This document shows, in pieces, positions 31,785-32,562 of a DNA stretch of 32,562 nt (within the stretch, counting starts at the first letter, position 1; every line of letters starts with the position of its first letter). This stretch comes from Ascoidea asiatica JCM 7603 (Eukaryota; Fungi; Ascomycota), in the NCBI GenBank assembly GCA_001600695.1, contig BCKQ01000006.1, forward strand, positions 376,327-408,888, given 5' to 3'. Both the position numbers and the translations under genes were made by a program. The notes under the pieces were generated by a model, which had not been told where the DNA came from, did not search any database, and saw only the letters and a list, made by a program, of their open reading frames with translations.

Positions 31785-32562
31785 ACACAAACTCAGTTGA
31801 TATTGAAATATTGAAATATTTTTATTTTTGAAAGAGAATATCCACAGAATTGGTCTCTATTCATTACATATAATTAAATTTTATATACCTTTAAAATATA
31901 CATACCTATTTAGTATATTGAGTATATTTACTTATTGAATTATTAATTATTAATTATTAAACAATATTTATTTTAATTTCACTATTAATATTTAAAAATA
32001 TTGAATATAACTAATTAACTATTAACAATTGGATAGATAGATATATTTTGAAAAGAAAAAAAAGAAAAAAGAAAAAAAAAAGGAAAAAAAAAAAGTTCAT
32101 TTTACTATATTTTATAATTTATAATTTATAATTTTTTTTTTTTTTATCATTTTATGTAATATAATTAAGTATTGAATATGGCAACATTTTTAAAGAAAAA
32201 AGAATAAAAGAATAAAAGAATAAAAGAATAAAAGAAAAAAGGAATAAAAAAAAATAATAATTTAAAGATAAAAATTTTTTAGTTTTAAGATAAATAGGAG
32301 TTAATTATAAAAAAAAGAGAAAGAATTTGAAATAAATTTTGAAATAAAATTAAAATTGAGATTAAAATTAAATAAAAAGAGAGGAGTGATAAATAAATAA
32401 TTAAATAAGTAAATAAATAAATAAATAAATAAACTAAATTGACTTTTTTTGACTTTTCTTTTTCAACGATATACGTACGTAAGTAAAATAATAAAAATAA
32501 TAATAATAATCTAAATATAAAAAAAAAACTTAATTGAATATTCAAGTTGAAAAAAAAAAAAA

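Noticed and set aside
32475-32484. GTACGTAAGT donor-like sequence near the right edge
   Set aside because: No supportable upstream exon, and any branch point or acceptor would lie outside the window.
1-32562. tRNA, rRNA, transposon or CRISPR features
   Set aside because: No cloverleaf with A/B boxes, transposase/RT ORF, LTR pair or repeat-spacer array was seen; the repeats are simple microsatellites.

Overview
Very AT-rich eukaryotic DNA from a budding yeast (Saccharomycotina). The poly-Asn-rich proteins and GTATGT/TACTAAC/TAG intron signals are reminiscent of Ascoidea-like genomes, but the species cannot be fixed from the sequence. Gene order: 5' end of an unknown minus-strand gene at the left edge, an OPT oligopeptide transporter (+), chitin synthase CHS1 (-), an NFX1/R3H protein FAP1 that appears to lack its RING (-), AVL9 (+), an F-box-like/LRR protein (-), primase large subunit PRI2 (-), an unknown Ser/Asn-rich membrane protein (+), and SNF2 (-), which has an upstream exon missed by the ORF track. 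Main finding: all four cysteines that normally ligate the [4Fe-4S] cluster of eukaryotic Pri2 are replaced (E329, Y410, M427, I469), while the primer-binding residues and a G1/S promoter are intact. This is a candidate naturally Fe-S-free eukaryotic primase. Also notable: a SNF2 intron whose branch point lies about 240 nt from the 3' splice site across a G-free hairpin, a cluster of seven Crz1-like sites, an Mcm1 site flanked by two forkhead sites, and CCAAG-GATA composite elements upstream of the OPT gene. All family calls rest on recalled motifs; no searches were run.
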